A stretch of DNA of 64,000 nt, from positions 10,292,001 through 10,356,000 of the forward strand of contig OZ059898.1 in NCBI GenBank assembly GCA_964057225.1. The letters are read 5' to 3'. The DNA is from Auanema rhodensis (Eukaryota; Animalia; Nematoda). Below are positions 49,694 through 61,500 of this stretch, piece after piece. The first letter of the stretch is position 1; each line of letters begins with the position of its first letter. The notes under the pieces were generated by a model that was not told where the DNA came from, did not search any database, and was given only the letters and a program-made list of their open reading frames with translations. Both the position numbers and the translations under genes were made by a program.

Positions 49694-51005
49694 TTCGAAA
49701 ATGTTAGATTGTTTCCGAAAAATTATGAAAAGTCAAGTTCTACTGATTTGAAGAGAATTGTAAGTTTTAGAAAATAATTAAAAATTAGTTCTCTCTACTA
49801 TTAACTGATTGTCGGCTAAAATATGGTAACAGTTTTTATAAAAACACAATAAGGTAACAGTTTTTATTGAAAGTTTCCATGATTAAGATTAAACAAAAAA
49901 AAAAGGATCAAAAAGAAACACTTCTTGTTTACTTACTTGATTATAATACTTGAAATTCCAAAAACAGTAGAATAAAATAGAGAAAGCGACAAAAACAGTT
50001 GAACGATTTGAAGACAATTGTAAGTTTTAAAAAATAATTAAAAATTAGTTCTCTCTACTATTAACTGATTGTCGGCTAAAATATGGTAACAGTTTTTATA
50101 AAAAGGTTCTATGATTAGGATTAAACAAAAAAAAGAATCAAAAAGAAACACTTCTTGTTCACTTACTTGATTATAATACTTAAAATTCAAAAAAAAGTAA
50201 AAAACAATTGAGAAAGCGACATATACAGTTGAACGATTTGAAGAGAATTGTAAGTTTTAGAAAATAATTAAAAATTAGTTCTCTCTACTATTAACTGATT
50301 GTCGGCTAAAATATGGTAACAGTTTTTATAAAAACACAATAAGGTAACAGTTTTTATTGAAAGTTTCCATGATTGAGATTAAACGAAAAAAAAAGGATCA
50401 AAAAGAAACACTTCTTGTTTACTTACTTGATTATAATACTTGAAATTCCAAAAACAGTAGAATAAAATAGAGAAAGCGACAAAAACAGTTGAACGATTTG
50501 AAGACAATTGTAAGTTTTAGAAAATAATTGAAAATTAGTTCTCTCTACTATTAACTGATTGTCGGCTAAAATATGGTAACAGTTTTTATAAAAAGGTTCT
50601 ATGATTAGGATTAAACAAAAAAAAGAATCAAAAAGAAACACTTCTTGTTTACTTACTTGATTGTAATACTTGAAATTCAAAAAAAAGTAAAAACAATTGA
50701 GAAAGCGACATAAACAGTTGAACGATTTGAAGAGAATTGTAAGTTTTAGAAAAGAATTAAAGTTCAGCTATCTCTACTATTAACTGAATGTCGGCTAAAA
50801 TATAGTAACAGTTTTTATTAAAAGTTTCCATGATTAAGATTAAACAAAGAAAAAAAAATCAAAAAGAAACACTTCTTGTTTACTTACTTGATTATAATAC
50901 TTGAAATTGAAAAAAAAGTAAAAAACAATTGAGAAAGCGGGTAAAACTGTTGAACTAAAACAGTCTTTATAAAATATAAATGAAATTTTTTTATAAAAGT
51001 GAAGT

Positions 51006-51076
51006 TGCATCGGCCGGGAATCGAACCCGGGTCGCCCGCGTGGCAGGCGAGCATTCTACCACTGAACCACCGATGC
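51006..51076 (-). tRNA. tRNA-Gly(GCC)
   Basis: Identical 71-nt copy. Confidence 0.97.
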
Positions 51077-51718
51077 TTCGAAAATGTTAGATTGTTTCCG
51101 AAAAATTATGAAAAGTCAAGTTCTACTGATTTGAAGAGAATTGTAAGTTTTAGAAAATAATTAAAAATTAGTTCTCTCTACTATTAACTGATTGTCGGCT
51201 AAAATATGGTAACAGTTTTTATAAAAACACAATAAGGTAACAGTTTTTATTGAAAGTTTCCATGATTAAGATTAAACAAAAAAAAAAGGATCAAAAAGAA
51301 TGAAAGTTTCCGTGATTAATATTAAACAAAGAAAAAAAAATCAAAGAGAAACACTTCTTGTTTACTTATTTGATTATAACACTTGAAATTCCAACAAAAG
51401 TAAAGTAAAACTGTTAAAGCGAGTAAAACTGTTGAACGATTTGAAGACAATTGTAAGTTGAAGAAAAAAATTAAAGTTTAGCTCTCTCTACTATTAACTG
51501 AATGTCGGCTGAAATAAGGTAACAGTTTTTATTAAAAGTTTCCATGATTAAGATTAAACAAAGAAAAAAAATCAAAGAGAAACACTTCTTGTTTACTAAT
51601 TTGATTATAACACTTGAAAATCCAACAAAAGTAAAATAAAACTGTGAAAGCGGGTAAAACTGTTGAACTAAAACAGTATTTATAAAATATAAATGATATT
51701 TTTTTATAAAAGTGAAGT

Positions 51719-51789
51719 TGCATCGGCCGGGAATCGAACCCGGGTCGCCCGCGTGGCAGGCGAGCATTCTACCACTGAACCACCGATGC
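51719..51789 (-). tRNA. tRNA-Gly(GCC)
   Basis: Identical 71-nt copy. Confidence 0.97.
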
Positions 51790-52352
51790 TTCTAAAATGT
51801 TAGATTGTTTCCGAAAAATTATGAAAAGTCAAGTTCTACTGATTTGAAGAGAATTGTAAGTTTTTGAAAATAATTAAAAATTAGTTCTCTCTACTATTAA
51901 CTGATTGTCGGCTAAAATATGGTAACAGTTTTTATGAAAAATTTCCATGATTAGGATTAAACAAAGAAAAAAATCAAAGAGAAACACTTCTTGTTTACTT
52001 ACTTGATTATACTACTTGAAATACGAAAAAAAGTAAAGAACAATTGAGAAAGCGACATAAACAGTTGAACGATTTGAAGAGAATTGTAAGTTTAAGAAAA
52101 GAACTAAAGTTTAGCTTTGTCTACTATTAACTGAATGTCGGCTAAAATATAGTAACAGTTTTTATAAAAAGTTTCCATGATTAAGATTAAACAAAGAAAA
52201 AAAAATCAAAGAGAAACACTTCTTGTTTACTAATTTGATTATAACACTTGAAAATCCAACAAAAGTAAAATAAAACTGTGAAAGCGGGTAAAACTGTTGA
52301 ACTAAAACAGTCTTTATAAAATATAAATGATATTTTTTTATAAAAGTGAAGT

Positions 52353-52423
52353 TGCATCGGCCGGGAATCGAACCCGGGTCGCCCGCGTGGCAGGCGAGCA
52401 TTCTACCACTGAACCACCGATGC
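52353..52423 (-). tRNA. tRNA-Gly(GCC)
   Basis: Identical 71-nt copy. Confidence 0.97.
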
Positions 52424-52988
52424 TTCTAAAATGTTAGATTGTTTCCGAAAAATTATGAAAAGTCAAGTTCTACTGATTTGAAGAGAATTGTAAGTTTTTG
52501 AAAATAATTAAAAATTAGTTCTCTCTACTATTAACTGATTGTCGGCTAAAATATGGTAACAGTTTTCATAAAAAATTTCCATGATTAGGATTAAACAAAG
52601 AAAAAAAATCAAAGGGAAACACTTCTTGTTTACTTACTTGATTATACTACTTGAAATACGAAAAAAAGTAAAGAACAATTGAGAAAGCGACATAAACAGT
52701 TGAACGATTTGAAGAGAATTGTAAGTTTAAGAAAAGAACTAAAGTTTAGCTTTGTCTACTATTAACTGATTATCGGCTGAAATATGGTAACAGTTTTTTA
52801 TTAAAAGTTTCCATGATTAAGATTAAACAAAGAAAAAAAAATCAAAGAGAAACACTTCTTGTTTACTAATTTGATTATAACACTTGAAAATCCAACAAAA
52901 GTAAAATAAAACTGTTAAAGCGAGTAAAACTGTTGAAATAAAACAGTTTTTATTAAATATAAATGATATTTTTTTATAAAAATGAAGT

Positions 52989-53059
52989 TGCATCGGCCGG
53001 GAATCGAACCCGGGTCGCCCGCGTGGCAGGCGAGCATTCTACCACTGAACCACCGATGC
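52989..53059 (-). tRNA. tRNA-Gly(GCC)
   Basis: Identical 71-nt copy. Confidence 0.97.
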
Positions 53060-54725
53060 TTCGAAAATGTTAGATTGTTTCCGAAAAATTATGAAAAGTC
53101 AAGTTCTACTGATTTGAAGAGATTTGTAAGTTTTAGAAAAGAATTAAAGTTCAGCTATCTCTACTATTAACTGATTATCGGCTAAAATAAGGTAACAGTT
53201 TTTATTGAAAGTTTCCATGATTAAGATTAAACAAAGAAAAAAAATCAAAGAGAAACACTTCTTGTTTACTTATTTGATTATAACACTTGAAATTCCAACA
53301 AAAGTAAAGTAAAACTGTTAAAGCGAGTAAAACTGTTGAACGATTTGAAGACAATTGTAAGTTGAAGAAAAAAATTAAAGTTCAGCTATCTCTACTATTA
53401 ACTGATTATCGGCTAAAATAAGGTAACAGTTTTTATTGAAAGTTTCCATGATTAAGATTAAACAAAGAAAAAAAATCAAAGAGAAACACTTCTTGTTTAC
53501 TTATTTGATTATAATACTTGAAATTCCAAAAACAGTAGAATAAAATAGAGAAAGCGACGAAAAAAGTTGAACGATTTGAAGAGAATTGTAAGTTTTAGAA
53601 AAGAATTAAAGTTCAGCTATCTCTACTATTAACTGATTATCGGCTAAAATAAGATAACAGTTTTTATTAAAAGTTTTCATGATTACGAATAAACAAAAAA
53701 AAGAATCAAAAAGAAACACTTCTTGTTTACGTATTTGATTATAATACTTGAAATTCCAAAAACAGTAGAATAAAATAGAGAAAGCGACGAAAAAAGTTGA
53801 ACGATTTGAAGAGAATTGTAAGTTTTAGAAAAGAATTAAAGTTCAGCTATCTCTACTATTAACTGATTATCGGCTAAAATAAGGTAACAGTTTTTATTAA
53901 AGCGAGTAAAACTGTTGAACGATTTGAAGACAATCCGCTAAAATAAGGTAACAGTTTTTATTAAAGCGAGTAAAACTGTTGAACGATTTGAAGACAATTG
54001 TAAGTTTTAGAAAAGAATTAAAGTTCAGCTATCTCTACTATTAACTGATTATCGGCTAAAATAAGGTAACAGTTTTTATTGAAAGTTTCCATGATTATGA
54101 TTAAACAAAGAAAAAAATCAAAGAGAAACACTTCTTGTTTACTTATTTGATTATAATACTTGAAATTCCAAAAACAGTAGAATAAAATTGAGAAAGCGAC
54201 AAAAACAGTTGAACGATTTGAAGAGAATTGTAAGTTTTAGAAAAGAATTAAAGTTCAGCTATCTCTACTATTAACTGATTATCGGCTAAAATAAGGTAAC
54301 AGTTTTTATTGAAAGTTTCCATGATTAAGATTAAACAAAAAAAAAATCAAAGAGAAACACTTCTTGTTTACTTACTTGATTATAATACTTGAAATTCCAA
54401 AAACAGTAAAATAAAATTGAGAAAGCGACAAAAACAGTTGAACGATTTGAAGAGAATTGTAAGTTTAAGAAAAGATTTAAAGTTTAGCTTTGTCTACTAT
54501 TAACTGATTATCGGCTGAAATATGGTAACAGTTTTTATTGAAAGTTTCCGTGATTAAGATTAAACAAAGAAAAAAAAATCAAAGAGAAACACTTCTTGTT
54601 TACTAATTTGATTATAACACTTGAAAATCCAACAAAAGTAAAATAAAACTGTGAAAGCGGGTAAAACTGTTGAACTAAAACAGTATTTATAAAATATAAA
54701 TGATATTTTTTTATAAAAGTGAAGT

Positions 54726-54796
54726 TGCATCGGCCGGGAATCGAACCCGGGTCGCCCGCGTGGCAGGCGAGCATTCTACCACTGAACCACCGATGC
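54726..54796 (-). tRNA. tRNA-Gly(GCC)
   Basis: Identical 71-nt copy. Confidence 0.97.
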
Positions 54797-55361
54797 TTCT
54801 AAAATGTTAGATTGTTTCCGAAAAATTATGAAAAGTCAAGTTCTACTGATTTGAAGAGAATTGTAAGTTTTTGAAAATAATTAAAAATTAGTTCTCTCTA
54901 CTATTAACTGATTGTCGGCTAAAATATGGTAACAGTTTTTATAAAAAATTTCCATGATTAGGATTAAACAAAGAAAAAAATCAAAGAGAAACACTTCTTG
55001 TTTACTTACTTGATTATACTACTTGAAATACGAAAAAAAGTAAAGAACAATTGAGAAAGCGACATAAACAGTTGAACGATTTGAAGAGAATTGTAAGTTT
55101 AAGAAAAGAACTAAAGTTTAGCTTTGTCTACTATTAACTGATTATCGGCTGAAATATGGTAACAGTTTTTTATTAAAAATTTTCCATGATTAAGATTAAA
55201 CAAAGAAAAAAAAATCAAAGAGAAACACTTCTTGTTTACTAATTTGATTATAACACTTGAAAATCCAACAAAAGTAAAATAAAACTGTTAAAGCGAGTAA
55301 AACTGTTGAAATAAAACAGTTTTTATTAAATATAAATGATATTTTTTTATAAAAATGAAGT

Positions 55362-55432
55362 TGCATCGGCCGGGAATCGAACCCGGGTCGCCCGCGTGGC
55401 AGGCGAGCATTCTACCACTGAACCACCGATGC
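55362..55432 (-). tRNA. tRNA-Gly(GCC)
   Basis: Identical 71-nt copy. Confidence 0.97.
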
Positions 55433-56457
55433 TTCGAAAATGTTAGATTGTTTCCGAAAAATTATGAAAAGTCAAGTTCTACTGATTTGAAGAGATTTGT
55501 AAGTTTTAGAAAAGAATTAAAGTTCAGCTATCTCTACTATTAACTGATTATCGGCTAAAATAAGGTAACAGTTTTTATTGAAAGTTTCCATGATTAAGAT
55601 TAAACAAAGAAAAAAAATCAAAGAGAAACACTTCTTGTTTACTTATTTGATTATAACACTTGAAATTCCAACAAAAGTAAAGTAAAACTGTTAAAGCGAG
55701 TAAAACTGTTGAACGATTTGAAGACAATTGTAAGTTTTAGAAAAGAATTAAAGTTCAGCTATCTCTACTATTAACTGATTATCGGCTAAAATAAGGTAAC
55801 AGTTTTTATTGAAAGTTTCCATGATTATGATTAAACAAAGAAAAAAATCAAAGAGAAACACTTCTTGTTTACTTATTTGATTATAATACTTGAATTTCCA
55901 AAAACAGTAGAATAAAATAGAGAAAGCGACGAAAAAAGTTGAACGATTTGAAGAGAATTGTAAGTTTCAGAAAAGAATCAAAGTTCAGCTATCTCTACTA
56001 TTAACTGATTATCGGCTGAAATAAGGTAACAGTTTTTATTGAAAGTTTCCGTGATTAATATTAAACAAAGAAAAAAAAATCAAAGAGAAACACTTCTTGT
56101 TTACTTATTTGATTATAACACTTGAAATTCCAACAAAAGTAAAGTAAAACTGTTAAAGCGAGTAAAACTGTTGAACGATTTGAAGACAATTGTAAGTTGA
56201 AGAAAAAAATTAAAGTTTAGCTCTCTCTACTATTAACTGAATGTCGGCTGAAATAAGGTAACAGTTTTTATTAAAAGTTTCCATGATTAAGATTAAACAA
56301 AGAAAAAAAATCAAAGAGAAACACTTCTTGTTTACTAATTTGATTATAACACTTGAAAATCCAACAAAAGTAAAATAAAACTGTGAAAGCGGGTAAAACT
56401 GTTGAACTAAAACAGTATTTATAAAATATAAATGATATTTTTTTATAAAAGTGAAGT

Positions 56458-56528
56458 TGCATCGGCCGGGAATCGAACCCGGGTCGCCCGCGTGGCAGGC
56501 GAGCATTCTACCACTGAACCACCGATGC
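56458..56528 (-). tRNA. tRNA-Gly(GCC)
   Basis: Identical 71-nt copy. Confidence 0.97.
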
Positions 56529-57091
56529 TTCTAAAATGTTAGATTGTTTCCGAAAAATTATGAAAAGTCAAGTTCTACTGATTTGAAGAGAATTGTAAGT
56601 TTTTGAAAATAATTAAAAATTAGTTCTCTCTACTATTAACTGATTGTCGGCTAAAATATGGTAACAGTTTTTATAAAAAATTTCCATGATTAGGATTAAA
56701 CAAAGAAAAAAATCAAAGAGAAACACTTCTTGTTTACTTACTTGATTATACTACTTGAAATACGAAAAAAAGTAAAGAACAATTGAGAAAGCGACATAAA
56801 CAGTTGAACGATTTGAAGAGAATTGTAAGTTTAAGAAAAGAACTAAAGTTTAGCTTTGTCTACTATTAACTGAATGTCGGCTAAAATATAGTAACAGTTT
56901 TTATAAAAAGTTTCCATGATTAAGATTAAACAAAGAAAAAAAAATCAAAGAGAAACACTTCTTGTTTACTAATTTGATTATAACACTTGAAAATCCAACA
57001 AAAGTAAAATAAAACTGTGAAAGCGGGTAAAACTGTTGAACTAAAACAGTCTTTATAAAATATAAATGATATTTTTTTATAAAAGTGAAGT

Positions 57092-57162
57092 TGCATCGGC
57101 CGGGAATCGAACCCGGGTCGCCCGCGTGGCAGGCGAGCATTCTACCACTGAACCACCGATGC
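57092..57162 (-). tRNA. tRNA-Gly(GCC)
   Basis: Identical 71-nt copy. Confidence 0.97.
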
Positions 57163-57727
57163 TTCTAAAATGTTAGATTGTTTCCGAAAAATTATGAAAA
57201 GTCAAGTTCTACTGATTTGAAGAGAATTGTAAGTTTTTGAAAATAATTAAAAATTAGTTCTCTCTACTATTAACTGATTGTCGGCTAAAATATGGTAACA
57301 GTTTTTATAAAAAATTTCCATGATTAGGATTAAACAAAGAAAAAAAATCAAAGAGAAACACTTCTTGTTTACTTACTTGATTATACTACTTGAAATACGA
57401 AAAAAAGTAAAGAACAATTGAGAAAGCGACATAAACAGTTGAACGATTTGAAGAGAATTGTAAGTTTAAGAAAAGAACTAAAGTTTAGCTTTGTCTACTA
57501 TTAACTGATTATCGGCTGAAATATGGTAACAGTTTTTTATTAAAAGTTTCCATGATTAAGATTAAACAAAGAAAAAAAAATCAAAGAGAAACACTTCTTG
57601 TTTACTAATTTGATTATAACACTTGAAAATCCAACAAAAGTAAAATAAAACTGTTAAAGCGAGTAAAACTGTTGAAATAAAACAGTTTTTATTAAATATA
57701 AATGATATTTTTTTATAAAAATGAAGT

Positions 57728-57798
57728 TGCATCGGCCGGGAATCGAACCCGGGTCGCCCGCGTGGCAGGCGAGCATTCTACCACTGAACCACCGATGC
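57728..57798 (-). tRNA. tRNA-Gly(GCC), 62 bp from the BEL/Pao LTR
   Basis: Identical 71-nt copy. Confidence 0.97.
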
Positions 57799-57860
57799 TT
57801 CGAAAATGTTAGATTGTTTCCGAAAAATTATGAAAAGTCAAGTTCTACTGATTTGAAGAG

Positions 57861-57924
57861 TGTCGCGATAAGCGAGTGAGTTTGTATAATTTTTTTATCT
57901 TCAACAATTGTTTTATTTGTTTCT

Positions 57925-58001
<77 letters not shown>

Positions 58002-58245
58002 TTCTTCTAACTTCCTAAGTAATTTTTATCCATACCACATGTTGTGTTATACATGTGGCATGACTAACTCTTTGTTTCAGGCTGACGACCGCCCACGAGA
58101 AGAGATCAGTCTTACATTTTTTAACGTTCGCAGTCAGTGATTCTATTCCGTGCTTGTCTTGTTAATTCATCAATAAACCCTTTTCTACATATTCGCTTTG
58201 TGTTTTATTTCCAACCATACTATACACTTGCGGTATAACGCCACA
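57861..58245 (+). repeat. Predicted 5' LTR of the BEL/Pao element (385 bp)
   Basis: TGTCGCG...CGCCACA imperfect terminal inverted repeat, AATAAA at 58172, PBS 3 nt downstream; the second LTR is outside the window. Confidence 0.8.
57929..57998 (+). repeat. (CT)35 microsatellite inside the BEL LTR
   Basis: Direct reading. Confidence 0.95.
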
Positions 58246-58248
58246 AAT

Positions 58249-58260
58249 TGGTGCATCGGC
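58249..58260 (+). promoter_or_regulatory. Primer-binding site, tRNA-Gly(GCC)
   Basis: TGGTGCATCGGC is the exact complement of GCCGATGCA+CCA, the 3' end of the array tRNA. Confidence 0.9.
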
Positions 58261-58526
58261 TAGTTCAGATCTTAGCCGCTTCAAGTCCCGCGTGGCAGGT
58301 GAGATACAGCTCAAACCAAGCGTGTTTGAGCAAAAAACATACTTAATAGAAATCGTGGCAACCATTAGTCCACGTCAAGTCACACCAAAAAGACTTGAAC
58401 CATAAGCAAACTCTGCAGACAGAAACAGAGATTCACTATCACATATACTGTGATCACCAAACAAACAAAAAAAAAAAAAGAGAAAGTAAAAGGAATATAA
58501 GCATTATTCCTACATCTACGACAAAA

Positions 58527-61500
58527 ATGTCACTCCTTTTTGTCAATCATATCAAACAGTCTAACCAGTTTCTCGGAGAATTACTTACACGATACGAGAT
58601 GGAAGTGAAGGACCTTCCTGGTATTCTGGTAGATTGCGACTTCCACACTGAGGAAGAAGAGGAAACCCTCTCTTGCCTTATCATTCGCTGGACAAAAGTC
58701 CAACACCAATTCAAAGAATCGTTGAAAAATCATCAAGATAACGAGAAAAAATTCCAAAAATTTTACGAAGCATCAGACAAAACGCTTCGTAAAGCATTAG
58801 ACGAACAGTACATCGCCTTCACATCCGATGAAGACTTTGAACCCAACATTAAAAAGGTTCAAAACGCCATTATTGAGCTTGACGAACACATCATGAAAGC
58901 CGAACGCATACTTAGAAAGCTGAGAAAAACGCTTCATAAGAATGAATCTGAGCACAACAGCAATCGCTCAACAGAAAACAATGAAACAGAAAACAAATCG
59001 AATGATCAATTTCTGGAAATTATCAAGTCATTCCTACACATCCAACAAACTAGTATCCAAAAACCAGCGATGTCGCTACCTACATTTGATGGCAAACCAG
59101 AGAACTTCAAATCATTCTGGGGCCGTTTTGATAGACTTGTTCATGATAATGAACAGTTTACAACCTTAGAAAAGGTAAACCTACTCTGTGAAAGCCTCAA
59201 AGGCGATTCACAAATAGCAATCAGAGGAATAGAACCCTCTGCTCAAAATTATGAGCTTATGCGTGAAGCATTAGTTTCTGAATTTGGAGACTATTCGTCG
59301 GATATCAACTCTCTTTTGACACAACTACGTAATTTGAAATTTGCAAGCAATAATGCAAAAGCATGCAAAGAAACATTTGGAGAAACCAAGGCACTTATCA
59401 GGCAAATTGAAGCAGCCGGAGCTACAGTATCCCGCGAAATGTGTACCGCGATGATTCTCAACAAATTCCCATACCACATCGTGGAAGACATTCTAATTCA
59501 TCCAAACAACTACCATTCTACTAAAGAAATGCTGACAGCTGTAGACCACAAAATCTATTCCTTTTTTCTAAAAGAACAAACAAGAAATAGTCATGAACAA
59601 AAGTTTCGAAATCACAAAGACAATGTCACATCTGTTTCACATAAAGACAGCACTGCAGAACAACGGAAAACCCAAACTTGGCCATGTGTCTTTTGCGACT
59701 CATCCGAGCATCGTTTTTATCAATGCACCACATTTGAAACACCAGAGAAAAGAAGGTACCGCATTCGCGGAAAGGCCATCTGTTGGATTTGCTTTTCCGA
59801 TAAACACAAAAGTTCGGAATGCAGAAAACAAAAATGTCGCAATTGCCAAGGAGATCATAATTCCGCCTTGTGCTCACAAGGAAGAAAAAGTGTACAAAAT
59901 ATCCAAAAAGATAAAGAAACTCCCACAATTAAAAAAGATCAGGCTTTACTGATCACCACAGAAGAATTATTGAATAAAAAAACAACAGAATATAAACAAG
60001 AATCTGACACTAATAATCGAATCCCTACTGAGGCACTTAATGCACCAGTATCGCTTAATCACATTGCTGACACACATAATATTGAAGAAAGTCAAGTAAT
60101 ATTACGAACAGCAATGGCGAACATATACAACCACAATAGTAAAAAATATGAGCAAGTACGCATGCTCATAGATGAAGGATCCATGAGATCTTTTATATCC
60201 AAGGACCTATCTACAAGATTAGGACTGCCCATTCTTGGTTCTCAGAAGAGAACCTTTTACGGCATTGGAGCATTATCAGAAACACATGAAGTTGAAGATG
60301 TTAAGGTAATTATTGGAACCTCAACTGGATCCCTTATCGTAACAAAACTGTTCACAAAACCCATGTTAACCACACCTATACGGTGTCCTAAACTATCTAA
60401 TGAAGACTTAAAATTCATACAAAGAAGAAAAATTAAATTAGCCAATCCAAAAACAAACGGAGAATCATTTACTCCGGATATACTGATAGGTATGGATAGA
60501 TACAAACTATTCATGCACTTAAACGAAGAAACCGAACTCCCCTCACGTATGAGATTGAAAAACTCGGTATTCGGCCACATGATACATGGGGAAGCTCCTC
60601 TTCCCGATGATAATACACAACAAGAAGTAATATTATGCTCTACATTAGAAGAGATAACAAAAGAAACCTCTCATAAAGAACTCCTCACTAATCTGTTTGA
60701 ACTGGATTCTATCGGCATCAATACAGAAAATGCCAACGCAGACCGCACTATTGATTACTATGAAGAATACTCAAAAGATATAAAAATTGAGAACAACCGT
60801 ATTATTGCACCGTTCCCGTTAAAAAATAACTTCAAAAATCTCAAAAACAACAAAATGCCCGCGTACCATAGATTCGTATCCCTATGGCGAAAGTTACTGC
60901 ACAATCCAGAAATGCTCTCACACTATACTACAACCATTGAAAGTTACCTCAAAGATAACATTGTCGAACAAATTCCCAACAATCACCAGGAGCCTTTAGA
61001 GTTTTATATGCCCCACCATGGGGTTTGGAAGCCCAGCAAGGCTAACCCTCTCAGAATCGTTTTTGACGCCTCCGCTAAACAGAAGGATAGCCCATCGTTG
61101 AATGAGATAATACACACAGGACGATCATTTATCACATATATACACGACATCATGATCTCCTGCAGAACAAGACCAATAATAATAACATGCGATATTAAAG
61201 CCGCATTTCTACAAGTACAATTGACAGAAAATCACAAGAATTTATGCAAATTCTTTTGGATAAAAAACAAAGAATACCCAATATCACACAATAATATCAT
61301 AACCCTTCGATTCAACAGATTACCATTCGGTATCACTGCATCCCCCAGCGTATTGAACATGGGCATAAAATGGTTCTTAGAATCAAAAGTAGACAACCCA
61401 TTAGCTATGGAAATCCTGCACAATTTATACGTCGACAATATCATTCTTACAGCAAATACAACCGAAGAAGCTATAAAGAAATGTAAAGAAACCCAAACAC

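Larger units (their letters stand above)
15792..57860. repeat. Satellite-tRNA tandem array, main part (~231-bp monomer with 36 interspersed tRNA-Gly genes)
   Basis: Same monomer (ctactattaactga..tcggctaaaat..ggtaacagtttttat..aaacacttcttgtttact..gttgaacgatttgaaga) repeated continuously. The register across the gypsy insertion is preserved: 16583-3646-12076=861. Confidence 0.97.

Noticed and set aside
209-57798. CRISPR-like array (conserved GC-rich repeat with spacers)
   Set aside because: The repeat is a 71-nt tRNA, the spacers are hundreds of bp and themselves repetitive, there are no cas genes, and the context is eukaryotic
209-57798. tRNA-derived SINE copies
   Set aside because: Perfect cloverleaf, no poly(A) tail or individual TSDs, identical flanks; spread by tandem amplification
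1-57860. Dozens of 60-110 aa ORFs (MQLHFYKK..., MLACHAGD..., MSSNRSTV..., MKLHRPG...)
   Set aside because: They are translations of the satellite and tRNA; their frames vary with homopolymer length between copies
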